Shown piece by piece: positions 1 to 12,506 of a stretch of DNA of 64,000 nt (position 1 is its first letter; the number at the start of each line of letters is the position of its first letter). Position numbers and translations under genes: made by a program. Below the pieces are notes generated by a model, which was not told the DNA's origin, did no database searches, and was given only the letters and a program-made list of their open reading frames with translations. This DNA is from Octopus sinensis (taxonomy: Eukaryota): contig NC_042997.1 in assembly GCF_006345805.1 (NCBI RefSeq), positions 77,066,001-77,130,000 of the forward strand, read 5' to 3'.

Positions 1-95
1 ATATAGATATATACATATATATATAATATAATATACATATATATATAGACATATATATATATACATATCTATATATATACATATATATATATATC

Positions 96-138
<43 letters not shown>
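1..138. repeat. (TA)n microsatellite, imperfect
   Basis: Direct TA dinucleotide array with occasional C/G interruptions. Confidence 0.97.
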
Positions 139-140
<2 letters not shown>

Positions 141-456
141 ATTAACTGTTGGAGTGGACAGACGTCTATTTGTTCCTCTCCCAAGTCAGTAGCAGCTACA
201 CAGCTTCAAAACTAACTGACCTTAAATATATATATATTGTAACCATGTGTTTGCCTACAAACCTGTAAGTAGGTTTTCATTTAACTACAAATTGTTATAT
301 ACACCTGTTTTTCTTTTATATCCTCAAACAACCAAATAATCAAAAACTCACACCCTTAGAGAGAAACATTATATATATATACACTTCTTTAACTCCCAAG
401 AAAGAATATATATATTTTCAAAAATCAAAAGGAAAACAAACAAAAGAAAAACAAAC

Positions 457-1550
457 ATGACTAACTTGCAGGCCTGCAACAGACGAAATTGGTCTGATAA
501 CGAAATTGATGTTTTAATAAACACATGGCTCTCTCTTTCCCAAACAGAAAATCTAAATGTCTTGTGTTTGAATGAGATTGCCGAAAAAACATCACAAGTG
601 GTCAACACATGATCCGTCAAACAGATTCATAGCAAGTATCTTTCAAACTGATAAGAGGCCATTATGAAAAGCTTCTACATATTTTCACAGTTCAAGAACA
701 ACAACAGCTAGAAAATCAGCAGCCACAACAACAACAACAACAGAATGAGCCACTCCTGGTTCCCAACACAATGGCTGACCCTGACACAACACAACAGCCA
801 CAGCAACAAGAACAACAACAGCCACTCCTCAACTCTAGCTTACTAGACGATTCACTAAATGCCAGTATATCGTCTTCTATCACCAAAAATACCAACAGAA
901 AACCAAATAAGAAACCACTGCCCTCTTCCCCCACATCACCACCTCAATACTACTGCAGTAACAAAAACTTAAAGAAACATAGGAAGCAGAATGCGCCCCC
1001 CACGGCTCAAACAAGAAATCCCCAAATATGCCGCTATTCACTGCGCCAGAGACTCTGCACAAATAGTGACTGCATCTTCAAGCATCTACCCGGCACTAGA
1101 CGCACTACGGCCAAGGCCAAAGCACGCATCCCACAATAACATCAACACCACCAAATAGTAAATCGAAATTCAAAACACACACAACTCGGAGTCCCAAAAT
1201 CTGCCGGTATTCCCAACGTGAGAGAACATGTCTACTGAGTGACTGTCCCTTCACTCATCTTCCAGGGACCCGACGCACAAACAGAAACGGGGCCTCAAGC
1301 CAAACACAAACCTGAATAACAATAAAAATAGAAACACACCATGCTGCAGTAATGCTGGTCCAGTCTTTTCAGGAAGAACAAAAAACAACAACAACAAAAG
1401 TGGAAACTACAACCCTATCCAACAGTGCAACCACACCTCCAGCCAAAACTGCTCCCTAAGCAGGAAAATTCTTTTTTAGCCATGTTGAACATGGCAAAAG
1501 AGATACACAAAAACATTCTAGCCATCACTCAACACCATCCTATGCTATTA
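457..1550 (+). pseudogene. LINE ORF1 remnant: Myb/SANT-like N-terminus, poly-Q linker, two CCCH zinc fingers
   Basis: ATG457 gives MTNLQACNRRNWSDNEIDVLINTW...; TGA at 610; frameshift at about 633-649 into FKLIRGHYEK...QQQQ. Fingers CRYSLRQRLCTNSDCIFKH (1029-1085) and CRYSQRERTCLLSDCPFTH (1202-1258) are in different frames. The 3' end is approximate. Confidence 0.7.
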
Positions 1551-1639
1551 CCCAGTGCACCAATTCCCCACATTGCTGCCACTAACACACACAAAAAATC
1601 CAAGCCCCCTGCAACAGTCAAAACCAGCCACTACACTAA

Positions 1640-4567
1640 CCTCCACATTCCTACTCAATGCACAAGGTGTCAGCCCTTCCATCAATGCACAAAAAGGAAG
1701 GTCCAATTCATTGAAGACTGGGTTGGTAACCATTCACACCACATCCCTTTCTTCATTCTCACTGAGACCCACCTTGACAACTCCCACTTGGAAGCTGAAG
1801 TGAGAGTGAAGAATTTCACAACCATCCGCGCGGATCGTATCGGCAGGAGGAAGGGTGGAACTGCCATTTTCCTGCATGATTCATTTACGGCAGATGGAAA
1901 TAGTATATTCTCCAACGGCTACTGTGAATCAGTCACCGTGCACAACAAAGCCAATGACCTGACAGTAATTGGGCTCTATAGGCCGCCCCAAACACCCATA
2001 CTGTGCTTTAAAGAATGCCTCAACAGCATTAAGTGCTTTATTCAACAGTGCCATTCTAGCAACATACTCATGATGGGAGACTTCAATCTACCCTGTGTTG
2101 ACTGGACTACAAACTGTTTGAAACCAAGCACTCCCGCCTCAACCGCTGACAAAGAAGCAGCAGAGTCACTTTTCGACTTTACGAATGAGTTTTTCTTGTC
2201 CCAACTTGTCCTTGCACCAACAAGACATCAGAACATTTTGGACCTAGTGTTTAGTAACCACACTAACACTATACATAACGTTACAGTGGAAAAAACCCTT
2301 CTTTCAGACCATGACATGGTTCTCTGTAACATGAAATTCCACCAGCCGAAAGCTAATCCTAGTGACCTTCCTCCAGCCCACCCATTTGACAACATGGATC
2401 TCCATAAAGCCAACTCGGATGCAATCAGGAACGAGCTATCAAATGTTGACTGGTCCTTTACACATACACACATTCCACCAACCATAAAACATCTTGGCAG
2501 ATCTTTGTAGACACTGTCACAGACATATGTGCAAAACACTCCCCACCAAGACCTGTGAACAAAAAGTGCAGAATCCCCCAAAACAGAAAACCATTATCAG
2601 AAAAATAAAAAGAACAAAAAAAAAATTAACAAACTAAAGTACTGCCAACAGCAACACACACATTCGACGGCTATCGCACTGCTTGAATAAAAAATATAAC
2701 CTCCAACAATGCATGAAGACCCTCATCAATAACCAAAGATCAGCTGAGGAGAAGTGGGCCATTGAAAAAATCAAACTCAACCCCAAAGTGTTCTTTTCAT
2801 TTGCGAGGAAACGCAGGGTCACTGTCTCCACTGTAGGCCCTCTAATTGACGAAACTGGCACTCTCCAAGATAATGCCAAATCCATGGCCGAGATACTGCA
2901 GAAACAATACTGCTCTGTTTTCAGCAATCCTGATATGGCCGATCTGGGCTGTATCAGTGATGTCAACCCCCAACACACTATATCGGACATAACGTTTAGT
3001 GCCCCTGATGTCTTAGCGGCGATAAACGAAATAAAACACAATTCAGCAGTAGGCCCCGATAGGTTCCCTGCTTGTGTCCTGAAGGTGTGTCGACACCAAC
3101 TTGCATCTCCCCTTGCTAATCTGTGGAGAAACTCACTGGATGCTGGCTATATTCCAAAAACCTTCTGTCCCAGTCTGTTGTCCCAGTTTTCAAAAAGGGA
3201 AACAAGTCCCTTGCAGTGAATTACCGTCCGATCTCACTCACCTCTCATATCATCAAGGTATTTGAGAGGGTGGTGAGATCTCGAATAACCCAATTTCTGG
3301 AAAGCAACAGACGGCTGATCTCCAACCAACATGGGTTCCGTAATGGAAGGGACTGCCTAACGCAGCTCCTGCATCACTTTGAGGACATTTTGAGAGCTTT
3401 GGGAGAGGGCTCCAACACCGATGTCATCTACCTTGATTTCAGTAAGGCCTTCGACAGGGTCGATCACAAGATCCTATTGAAAAAACTATCCAACATTGGT
3501 GTCTCTGGAAAGTTACTGAAATGGATTAAGTGTTTCCTGACAGACAGATCTCAACATGTTGTAGTTGAAGGGGTAAAATCAAGCCCAGCCAAAGTCAGTA
3601 GTGGCGTTCCGCAAGGCACTGTGCTGGGCCCACTTCTTTTCATCATTTACATTAATGACATTAATGACATCATCAAGCACAGCAACATAAAAATCTTTGC
3701 AGATGACTCCAAGCTACAGAAGGTCATAAATGAGGCGAGTGACCGGACATGCCTTCAGTCAGATCTACTGGCTGTTATCCAATGGGCAGAAAAAAACAAT
3801 ATGCTGCTGAACGAGGATAAATTTGAGCTAATCCACTTTGGAAAAGAGGATGCCCTGAAACTCCCATACTCCCTTCCTTCAGGTGAAACTCTCGCGGCGT
3901 CCAACAACATCAGAGACTTGGGAGTAATTGTGGACAACAACGTAAGCTGGGCCACTCATATAAACACCAAAGTTGACATGGCCCGCAGAATGTGTTCTGG
4001 ATTCTCCGAACTTTCCAGTCGAGAGATATCCACACCATTATCCTTCTCTTCTCCACTTTTGCCCGACCCCACCTTGAATACTGTTGTCCACTGTGGTCTC
4101 CCCACACAATACAAGGTATCATAAAAGTTGAAGCACCTCAAAGGGCAATCACAAAAAAGATAGATGGCATGACAGGCCTCGACTATTGGGGTCGACTAGA
4201 AAAGCTAAAACTCTATTCTCTCCAACGTCGTCGTGAGCGCTACATCATCTGCATGATGTGGAAAATATTCCATCAGCATTGCCCAAATGATGTTGGCATC
4301 ACCTTTAAGGTACATCCAAGGCTTGGGCCCCGTGCCATCCGCCCAAAACAAAAATCGCACTCTCATCTCATAACAACAATACGGCACAATTATTTCACCT
4401 CAATTGGCCCCGCTCTCTTTAACATTACACCAAAACACATTAAAACAGAAACTGACCCTATAGGGTTCAAGAAGTCTTTGGACAGATTCCTTCAAGAAAT
4501 CCCGGATAAACCCCCTACACCCGGATATGTCTCTGTAAACAATAACTCTCTACTTGAGTGGCCATAG
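1640..4567 (+). pseudogene. LINE ORF2 remnant (AP endonuclease + reverse transcriptase)
   Basis: Pieces in ORFs 1555-1803 (FLLNAQG), 1425-2510, 2683-3219, 3123-4124 and 3992-4567, joined by at least four frameshifts or stops. Confidence 0.92.
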
Positions 4568-4664
4568 TGCCCAAATTCTGACTTGAAAGACTTCACCAGG
4601 TGGTGCTATTAAGTTAGACATGGCCTGGGCCAATAATGGCCGAAACCTATCAAAGTATTAAGTA

Positions 4665-5386
<722 letters not shown>

Positions 5387-5771
5387 CAAAGAAAGGGGAA
5401 AAAATGCAGTGTTAGGAAAGTTTGTATACAGAGATGTGTAGGAGAGATCCATCCATTTACTATATATACTGTCCTATAGAGTTCTAGAAGTATGAACAAA
5501 AACATAAAATAATTGCATACATTGAGAGGCCCGATACTAAATAGAAAATTTGCATTGTTTTAGTTACAATCTTTACAGTGTTGTTAATACCAATAAAATT
5601 CATTCAAATGAATGTGTGTGTAAATTTGAAAAAGTTTAAGACTTTTGTTTAGCTTGTTATATATACATCCAGAACCACATTAATAGTTTAGGAGTGAAAT
5701 TTAGAATTTCTCATTTTTCTGTAATCACTTTTGATAAAACATTTCCCAGCTAGCTTGCACATTATGCACAT

Positions 5772-5913
5772 ATGCTTTTTGCATGTTATCATGGGTGGAA
5801 TGATTTTATTTGTGATAATTGCTTTTACAGTTAGGTATTTTTCTTATCATTAACCACTCAATGCCAAAGTTAGAGAGGAACACACTTTGTTGAAGGCAAA
5901 GTGAGATGGTGTA
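5772..5913. repeat. 142-bp inverted copy of 8447-8589, inside the left Tc1 TIR
   Basis: Reverse complement of 8447-8589 with about one substitution and one 1-bp indel, by manual alignment. Confidence 0.92.
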
Positions 5914-6293
5914 TGTAGTGAGCTTTCTTTGGTGTTCATATTACTACTACCATGTATATTATTCATTCACCTACATTATGAAAAGAGATTTTGAGAATGA
6001 TTGTCCCAATGTGGTCTGCAAGATCTAGTTTATGTTTCAATCTAGCCTGAAAAACCAAATATGTTTGACACTACTGATCTACAATATCATAGAGACAAAT
6101 AATAATTTTCCAATGTCTGTGATTGTACTGTTATGTTTTGATTAGTCTGTGTGACATCCTTTTTTATTTCAGATTCTTCAGTTTTGGGTGAACCATGCTA
6201 ATAGCTTCTAAATGAAAATAGCCCAGGGTAATGATACATTGAGTATACAACAGAAAACAATAATAATATTATAACATTTATTGACATAATAAG

Positions 6294-7147
6294 TTATTTA
6301 GCCACATGTGCATCATTTTGATGGATAACTTCAAAAGCCCTATTAGTCATGGAATCTGTTAACTTCTTAATAGTAGCAGCTTGGACTGCCTCTGCTGCAG
6401 TTTTGATGGTTGCCCATATGATACCTTTCAACTTAAATTGGTGTCCATCAGCATAAACATCTTGTTTAATGATGGACCAAAGATTTTCAATAGGGTTGAG
6501 ATCCAGTGATGCTAGCAGCCACACCATCAAGCTTTCACCTTGTATCCCATAAGATCCTAGGAATGTTTGAGTGATCCTAGCTGTGTGGGAGGGAGCATTG
6601 CCATGCATGAATACAAGATTCCTTAGAAGTGACAGCAGTATTTCATCTAGCCAGAGATCCAAGACCTTCAGGAGATTGCATTAGGCAGCTGCAGTCACTT
6701 TAAACTCTTCAGGCACCCTAGCTGGGCCAACAACTCTGTCCCCAAATATACCAGCCCACAACATGACTCCTCCACCCTGTTCTTGACATCATAAATATTG
6801 GTGACCCAACCATTTTTCCCAACTGTCAGATTCATCAAGGGTCACCCTGGTTTCGTCAGTGAACAGAACACAACTCATGTGTAACATCATGTATATTTGA
6901 GTCCATTGAAGCCTCAACTCCTGTGAAGAGGCAGTTTCGGGAGTTCTCACACGGAAGCCATGGTTCCAAAGGTGTGATTTCTGGTGGTTTTCGGTATGTA
7001 AGGAAGTCTGGAGGTGGTGAAAATGGTTTTACTTGTTTGTCCCGGTTTCTCATACAACTTGTAGCCAATATTCCTTAAATCCCTAGTTGTCACAGTCTTG
7101 GAGGTTCCACATTTCTTCTTTGGTGCTCGTGTGGCTAAATAATTCAT
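6294..7147 (-). pseudogene. Tc1 (DD34E-type) transposase remnant lacking the first HTH
   Basis: VLFTDETRVTLD (about 6860), GGGVMLWAGI, FMHGNAPSH (D degenerate) and SLDLNPIENLW; several stops and frameshifts. Confidence 0.88.
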
Positions 7148-8054
7148 TATATCAATAAATGTTATAATATTATTATGGTTTTCTGTTAAATATATACTTA
7201 ATGTATACTTAATATGTATCATTACTCTTCATTTTGTAGAAAAAAAATGTCTATATGGGCTATATTCATTCAGAAGCTATTAGTGTGGTTCATCCAAAAA
7301 CTGAGAAACTGAAATAAAAAAAAGAAAGGACATTACACAGAATAATCAAAATATAACAATGGTGTTGCCTGAGTGTGCAAACCAGCTAGGATAAGTTTTA
7401 TCAAAATCGATTCACAGAAAACCGAGAAATCCTAAATTTCACTCTTAAGCTATTAGCATGGTTCTGGGTGTAGACAAATGGAAGAGGAAATCAGTCACAG
7501 CTTTTAGTATATTGATTCATAAACTTCTTTTTCATAGGTTGAAATAAACAGTTCTTTTATTTATATAAAATTGTGCGAGTGATGGATTAAGCCTTGCCTC
7601 ATGGTTTATGTTTGACACCCCAGGTCTTATGCAGTGACAAAGATTGTTAGCATTGGAGCCTATATAGTGACAAACTGTACTCCTTCCATGTCTAGGTGGT
7701 TCTTCATTTTGCATATGTAGAAGTGTGGAGATAGGTTGTGGTTTATTTGCAGTGAAATGTACTTTTTTGTTTTCTTTTGTACACCAATGTAAAATGTCAT
7801 TCTTGTCTATGTCCCCTTCAACTGGGACTATTGGCAGGACTAATATCATAGATTTGTTTTGTTGTTTCTTTGTGTTGCCCAAATATAGAACTAGTGATTA
7901 CTGTTAATGTAATTTATGTATCATTTTGCTTTATCTCTGTGTCTTCCATATTTGATGTAAATGAATGTTGCAGAGGTGCTGCATGTAATTTATAGTATTT
8001 TTCTAATTTGTGTGTATGTGAAAGAGAGAGAGATAGTGTATATGTGTGCATTAC

Positions 8055-8092
<38 letters not shown>

Positions 8093-8236
8093 ATGTGTAT
8101 TGTTTGTTAGAATTGATTTTTTTCTATGTTGTTGGTTAGAAGATAGTGTTAATAGACCCAGGCTACTCTTTTTGAACACATAACTACTGTTATGTTGTTA
8201 TTATCAGATCAAACTTTACAAAGCATGTAATGTTCC

Positions 8237-8352
8237 TTAAAACAGTTTGTAATTATAATTTTCAGTCCCATAACCCATTGAAGACTTTGTCTTCAGATTT
8301 ATCAAATATAGATCAGCCTGATAGAACCCCATAATATCTTCAATTGCATAGT
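8237..8352 (-). CDS. Candidate terminal coding exon of an unidentified host gene (xYAIEDIMGFYQADLYLINLKTKSSMGYGTENYNYKLF*)
   Basis: Acceptor tttactttttgcattcacaatttcag|, open frame to TAA at 8237-8239, phase-compatible with exon 10796-10910. Confidence 0.5.
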
Positions 8353-8446
8353 CTGAAATTGTGAATGCAAAAAGTAAATGAAGTGAAATAGCTCAGAAAA
8401 TAACCAAGCTGGCATTATACCTTCAGCATATTGCCACTTTACACTT

Positions 8447-8589
8447 TACACCATCTCACTTTGCCTTCAACAAAGTGTGTTCCTCTCTAACTTTGGCATT
8501 GAGTGGTTAATGATAAGAAAAATACCTAACTGTAAAAGCAATTATCACAAATAAAACCATTCCACCCATGATAACATGCAAAAAGGCAT
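8447..8589. repeat. Partner of the 142-bp inverted repeat (probable template copy)
   Basis: TACACCATCTCACTTTGCC...ATAACATGCAAAAAGGCAT is the reverse complement of 5772-5913. Confidence 0.92.
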
Positions 8590-9217
8590 GTAGAACATTA
8601 ACAAAAAAGCATTAACAATAAAAGAAACACTTAATGCTTATCAGCATTCTAATTTAACTTTTAATTATTAATAAATTCTTGTTTCTTTTCCCCTTATATA
8701 TCCAATGTCATTTTATATACTAGCATATATTTACATCCACCCCCACCCCCTCACACATGAATACAATTACGTATATGCATGCAGGCAGAAAGACTCTTAT
8801 TTATTTATTCATTTGTGTGTGTGTGTGTGTGAATTGAATATATTAGACTTACTTTAATGTGATGTTTCTTTCAAATGATTCCGACTCATGTTTCAGATGC
8901 ATTTATATATTTTTCTTCATGAACTACCACAGACTGATATGTAATTATTATAAACTGCTAAACTTGAAGAGCTTGTATTTCACATAGTAAATGACATATT
9001 TAGAATTAAGTTTCTGGTTTGGCTTAAATGTCAATAAAAAAAAAATGCTCATTTAATGACAAGTTATTAGCTTTTCAGATCAATGTACTATTGTTTGGAT
9101 TGGAAGAAGGCAATGAACTGGCAGAAACAGTTGATCAGACTAAAAGACTACCATTATTTAAGATTACTGCCCCTCAACATTGTCAGCTCAACCCCTTCAA
9201 TTCCTTTCATTCAACCA

Positions 9218-9962
9218 CATCATCATCATCATCATCATCGTTTAACGTCCGTTCTCCATGCTAGCATGGGTTGGACAGTTCGACCAGGGATCGGGAAAGC
9301 CAGAAGGCTGCACCAGGCTCCAGTCTTATCTGGCAATGTTTCTACAGCTGGATGCCCTTCCTAACGCCAACCACTCCGTGAGTGTAGTGGTTGCTTTTTA
9401 CGTGCCACCTGCACAGGTGCCAGGCGAGGCTGGCAACGGCCATGGTCGGATTGGTGCATTTTACGTGCCACCGGCACGGAAGCCAGTCGAGGCGGCACTG
9501 ACATCAGCCACGATTCGGATGGTGCTTTTTACGTGCCACCGGCACGGAAGCCATTCGAAGCAGCGCTGGCATCGGCCACGATTTGGATAGTGCTTTTTAC
9601 GTACCACCAGTCCAGGGGTCCTGGCATCTGCCGGGTGCCAGTCATAGGATTGGTTCAATTTTGATTCTGATTTCGATTTTACTTGCCCCAACAGGCCTTC
9701 GCAAGCAGAAGGGGGTTGGCATGGGTGCCTGTTGTCGGATGAGGTTCTATATCGACTTCGCTTGCCTCAACAGGTCTTTGTGTGTCCAAGGGAGGAAAGG
9801 CATGCATAAGTGGGCTGGACTCACTTGTCCTGCCTGGTCTTCTCACGCACAGCATATTTCCAAAGGTCTCGGTCGCTGGTCATTTCCTCAGTGAGGCCTA
9901 AAGTTCGAAGGTCATGCTTCACCACCTCGTCCCAGGTTTTCCTGGGTCTACCTCTTCCACGG
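9218..9962 (-). mobile_element. 5'-truncated RTE LINE (ORF2 C-terminus, 3' UTR, (GAT)n tail)
   Basis: Reverse complement of the 3' end of the copies at 12507 and 32029 (RGRGRPRKTWDEVVKHDLR...TRQDK*); (CAT)n at 9218-9240. Confidence 0.95.
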
Positions 9963-10795
9963 AGTTTATAAAATTACTACCAACTAAGTATTAAGTTCAA
10001 GTTACTCTATTATACTTCTGTCCTGCTATTTGCAGCTTTATGCTAATCAAGGAGATCATTTTAGTAGAAATGTGTAAAAGACATTTAATCAATATATTGG
10101 AATTGTATTTTGCAATATTTTAATGTTTGTGTCATCAAAACTTGGGATGACAATCTCTACTTTATGAATACTATCTTAAATACTGCCTCCAATGGTTACA
10201 TACATTGCTATTGCTATTAAACACTGATCATGAAGATAAAAAGAAGTTTTAAAAAATAACATAGCTATAATTTTTTCAATGAATGAAAATAAGCAAAATA
10301 TGTTGGTGGTATTTCTAATAAATCAAATATTTTTATCTTTACTCATAACACTATCATAGGTCAGTATGTACCAAACTACAAAAGCATAGCTATTCCACTC
10401 GTTTAATATTATATAATGTTGTAGTCACTATCAATTAAATCCACTTATATCTGACAACCAATTTTCATGTATTTATTTTACAAAGATATGTAATGGAATT
10501 ATTAATTCCTGAGTTTCTACAGGGAAACCTTTTGTGGAAGGTTTGAGTAATCTTTAAATAATGTATAAACACTGTTTCTTTTTATGCTCTGATCAAATTT
10601 ATATCATGGAACTAGCTAATGGCTCCTTAAGTTCAAAAATGATCTGATCCGTTGGTATCTTTCTTCATTACAAGAACCATATCTACAACCTATGTCGTGG
10701 AAAAATCATATTTGTCTATTCAGCTAAGTAGTAAATACCTAATTCACATCACCTGTATCATTCTAGCATAGCAATGACATTTAATTATAATTTAC

Positions 10796-10910
10796 TGAAA
10801 ATTTCTACAGTTTCTGGTAATACAATTTGAAATCTACGCCAAAGATCATAGACTGTAGAAAGCCAACCATTCATAAGGTTTCTTGAAGTCTGAGGTTGTG
10901 GATATGCAAC
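10796..10910 (-). CDS. Candidate internal exon of the host gene (VAYPQPQTSRNLMNGWLSTVYDLWRRFQIVLPETVEIF)
   Basis: Acceptor cctattttgtaatgtttacag|G, donor TCA|gtaaat; only one frame is open; 115 nt. Confidence 0.55.
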
Positions 10911-11039
10911 CTGTAAACATTACAAAATAGGTATAAATTAAAAGAACCATTGTATATACACTGTATATACCTTTTTCGTGGACTTTCATTAAAAGTTAAA
11001 TTTTACTCATTTCTTTAGTTTTTATTTATTTATTTATAC

Positions 11040-11440
11040 TGGTGTGGAGCTGGGAAAGTTGGATGCAGCAAGAGTAATGAGAGGTGAAGAGATGAGTGAG
11101 ACAGCAGGAGCCTGAGTGCTGGAGGTGTGAGAATAGCTAGCTCCTAGGAGCAGGCCTTTGGACCAGAAGCTGGAGTATATCTGTTAATGGTTGTATGGCT
11201 CTTCTCCTGGTGTAGTCTAGGATGTTTGGGTGCTTAATAGCAGCACTGTCTCAGATGTGGATACAGTACACTATTGTCAGTTTCACTTAAGCTTTGTCAG
11301 CAGCTATTGTGGGCTGAAACATCTTCTGATTCTGAAGAAAATAGCTAGTTTTTGGGATGTAGTCTTAGCTATGCTAAGGATGCACTTTTGCCAGTTAAGA
11401 TTTTCAGTGATAATCAGGCTCAGTATTTAGAGCAGCTTTA
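11040..11440 (-). mobile_element. Old LINE (CR1/L2/Jockey group) RT C-terminal fragment
   Basis: Degenerate translation NWQKCILSIAKTTSQKLAIFFRIRRCFSPQ resembles the post-RT segment of such LINEs. Confidence 0.5.
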
Positions 11441-11471
11441 AGAGCTTTAGATGAATGTCGCACATATTTAA

Positions 11472-11691
11472 CCCTTTAGTATTCAGATTATTGTGTCAAA
11501 AGTAATGCTTATTTATTAACATTGTTTTCAATTAATCATGCATTATCTCATAGCTTTGAGATTTCAATGACGTGATTGCTCATTTGTAGAAGGACATTGT
11601 CAGAGAAGTGTAAGAGGCTAGATCCGGCCAATTTGAACATAAAACAAATAGAAATATTTTGGCCAGATATGGTTGGTTAAATGTTATAGGG
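11472..11691. mobile_element. piggyBac-type MITE, 220 bp
   Basis: TTAA|CCCTTTAG ... TATAGGG|TTAA; TTAA at 11468-11471 and 11692-11695. Confidence 0.8.
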
Positions 11692-11892
11692 TTAAAAGGG
11701 TGGCACTGTGCTGTTTATCTAAATATGAGTAATGCTTGAGATTTTTTGCCGTTAAAAGAGATATGGTTATCTTAACTCCCACAGGAGTGCATTCTTGAGG
11801 TCCCTTCTATGGAATCAATCCACTTATTTGATGTAGGTGGATGATGCATGATATAGAAAACATAGCAAGAAATGAGGTTATCTTGTTTAGTT

Positions 11893-12208
11893 ATTTAAAC
11901 TGGCCATATCCAGCCCAAAATATTCTATTTGTTTTGTGTTCAAACTGGTTAGATCCAGCCTCTTGCACCTATCCTACCATGTCATTCTAAAAATAAACAA
12001 TCACATTTTCAAATCTCTAAGCTACAAGATAACACATGATTAATTTTAGATATAACAAAGAATTTAGTTAAAAAATATTAGTTATCATTAAGCTAGTGTT
12101 AGGAGCATGACTAAGGTTTGGCAGAAGATTCTAATTCAGAACTTTTGAAAACAAGATATTTGTGCTACAGAGCCAGAGGTGGTTTTAGCCAAGTTGGTAT
12201 CGAAAAGG
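11893..12208. mobile_element. piggyBac-type MITE with two different family ends
   Basis: The left part is the reverse complement of the right end of the 11472 MITE. The right part is the reverse complement of the left end of the 42650 MITE and ends GAAAAGG|TTAA. Confidence 0.65.
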
Positions 12209-12506
12209 TTAATTTTAAAAATGTGACTAAATAACCATTACATTTGACAGTAACCTGAATGTTAAAAAGGTTAATATATATTTTACTTTTTGTTAGCTGT
12301 TTAGTAGGTTATGTGAATTTGCTATATGGATTCAATATCTATATCCAGTATGAATTCTATACACAGTGCCTTATATTTACTGCAAAAATGATGTTGAATA
12401 GTTTCCTTACATTATACATATATAAGCAAAAGCTTTGAGGAATAATTTTATACGGTAATCGATCGAGGTAGTCAGAGTAAGTGACAGAGTAATTAAAATT
12501 AGATTA

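Larger units (their letters stand above)
140..4664 (+). mobile_element. CR1-clade non-LTR retrotransposon (LINE), near full length, inactivated by frameshifts and stops
   Basis: Putative 5' UTR, ORF1 remnant, APE (ILTETHL, GLYRPP, MGDFNLP, LDLVF, SDHDMV), RT (NYRPISLTS, QHGFR, YLDFSKAFDRV, GVPQGTVLGP, FADD) and CR1-type C-terminus (RPHLEYCCPLWSP, YSLQRRRER). 3' end is (AAGTATT)-like, running into (TA)n. The 5' boundary is approximate. Confidence 0.9.
5666..7470 (-). mobile_element. Tc1-like DNA transposon with about 340-bp IR/DR-type TIRs and TA target duplication
   Basis: Termini TA|CATCCAGAACCAC (5664-) and GTTCTGGGTG|TA (-7472). The right TIR (7131-7470) matches the left TIR in two pieces (5666-5762 and 6128-6305). 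The GAACCATGCTAATAGCTT motif occurs at both outer and inner positions. Confidence 0.88.

Noticed and set aside
140-230. Possible HDV-like ribozyme or Pol III promoter at the CR1 5' end
   Set aside because: Only short stems are visible; I could not build the nested double pseudoknot or find A/B boxes by eye.
4605-4650. GGCC...GGCC-GAAAC near the CR1 3' end, resembling hammerhead stem II plus GAAA
   Set aside because: No CUGANGA core upstream (TTAGACAT instead) and no convincing stems I/III; more likely an ordinary LINE 3' stem-loop.
7532-7882. 116-aa minus-strand ORF downstream of the candidate terminal exon
   Set aside because: No recognisable motif or splice support; probably 3' UTR or flank.
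9258-9894. ORFs such as MLAWVGQFD... (also 15189-15572, 34000-34707, 61336-61821)
   Set aside because: Antisense or off-frame translations of the GC-rich RTE 3' UTR; no domain and the frames are not conserved between copies.
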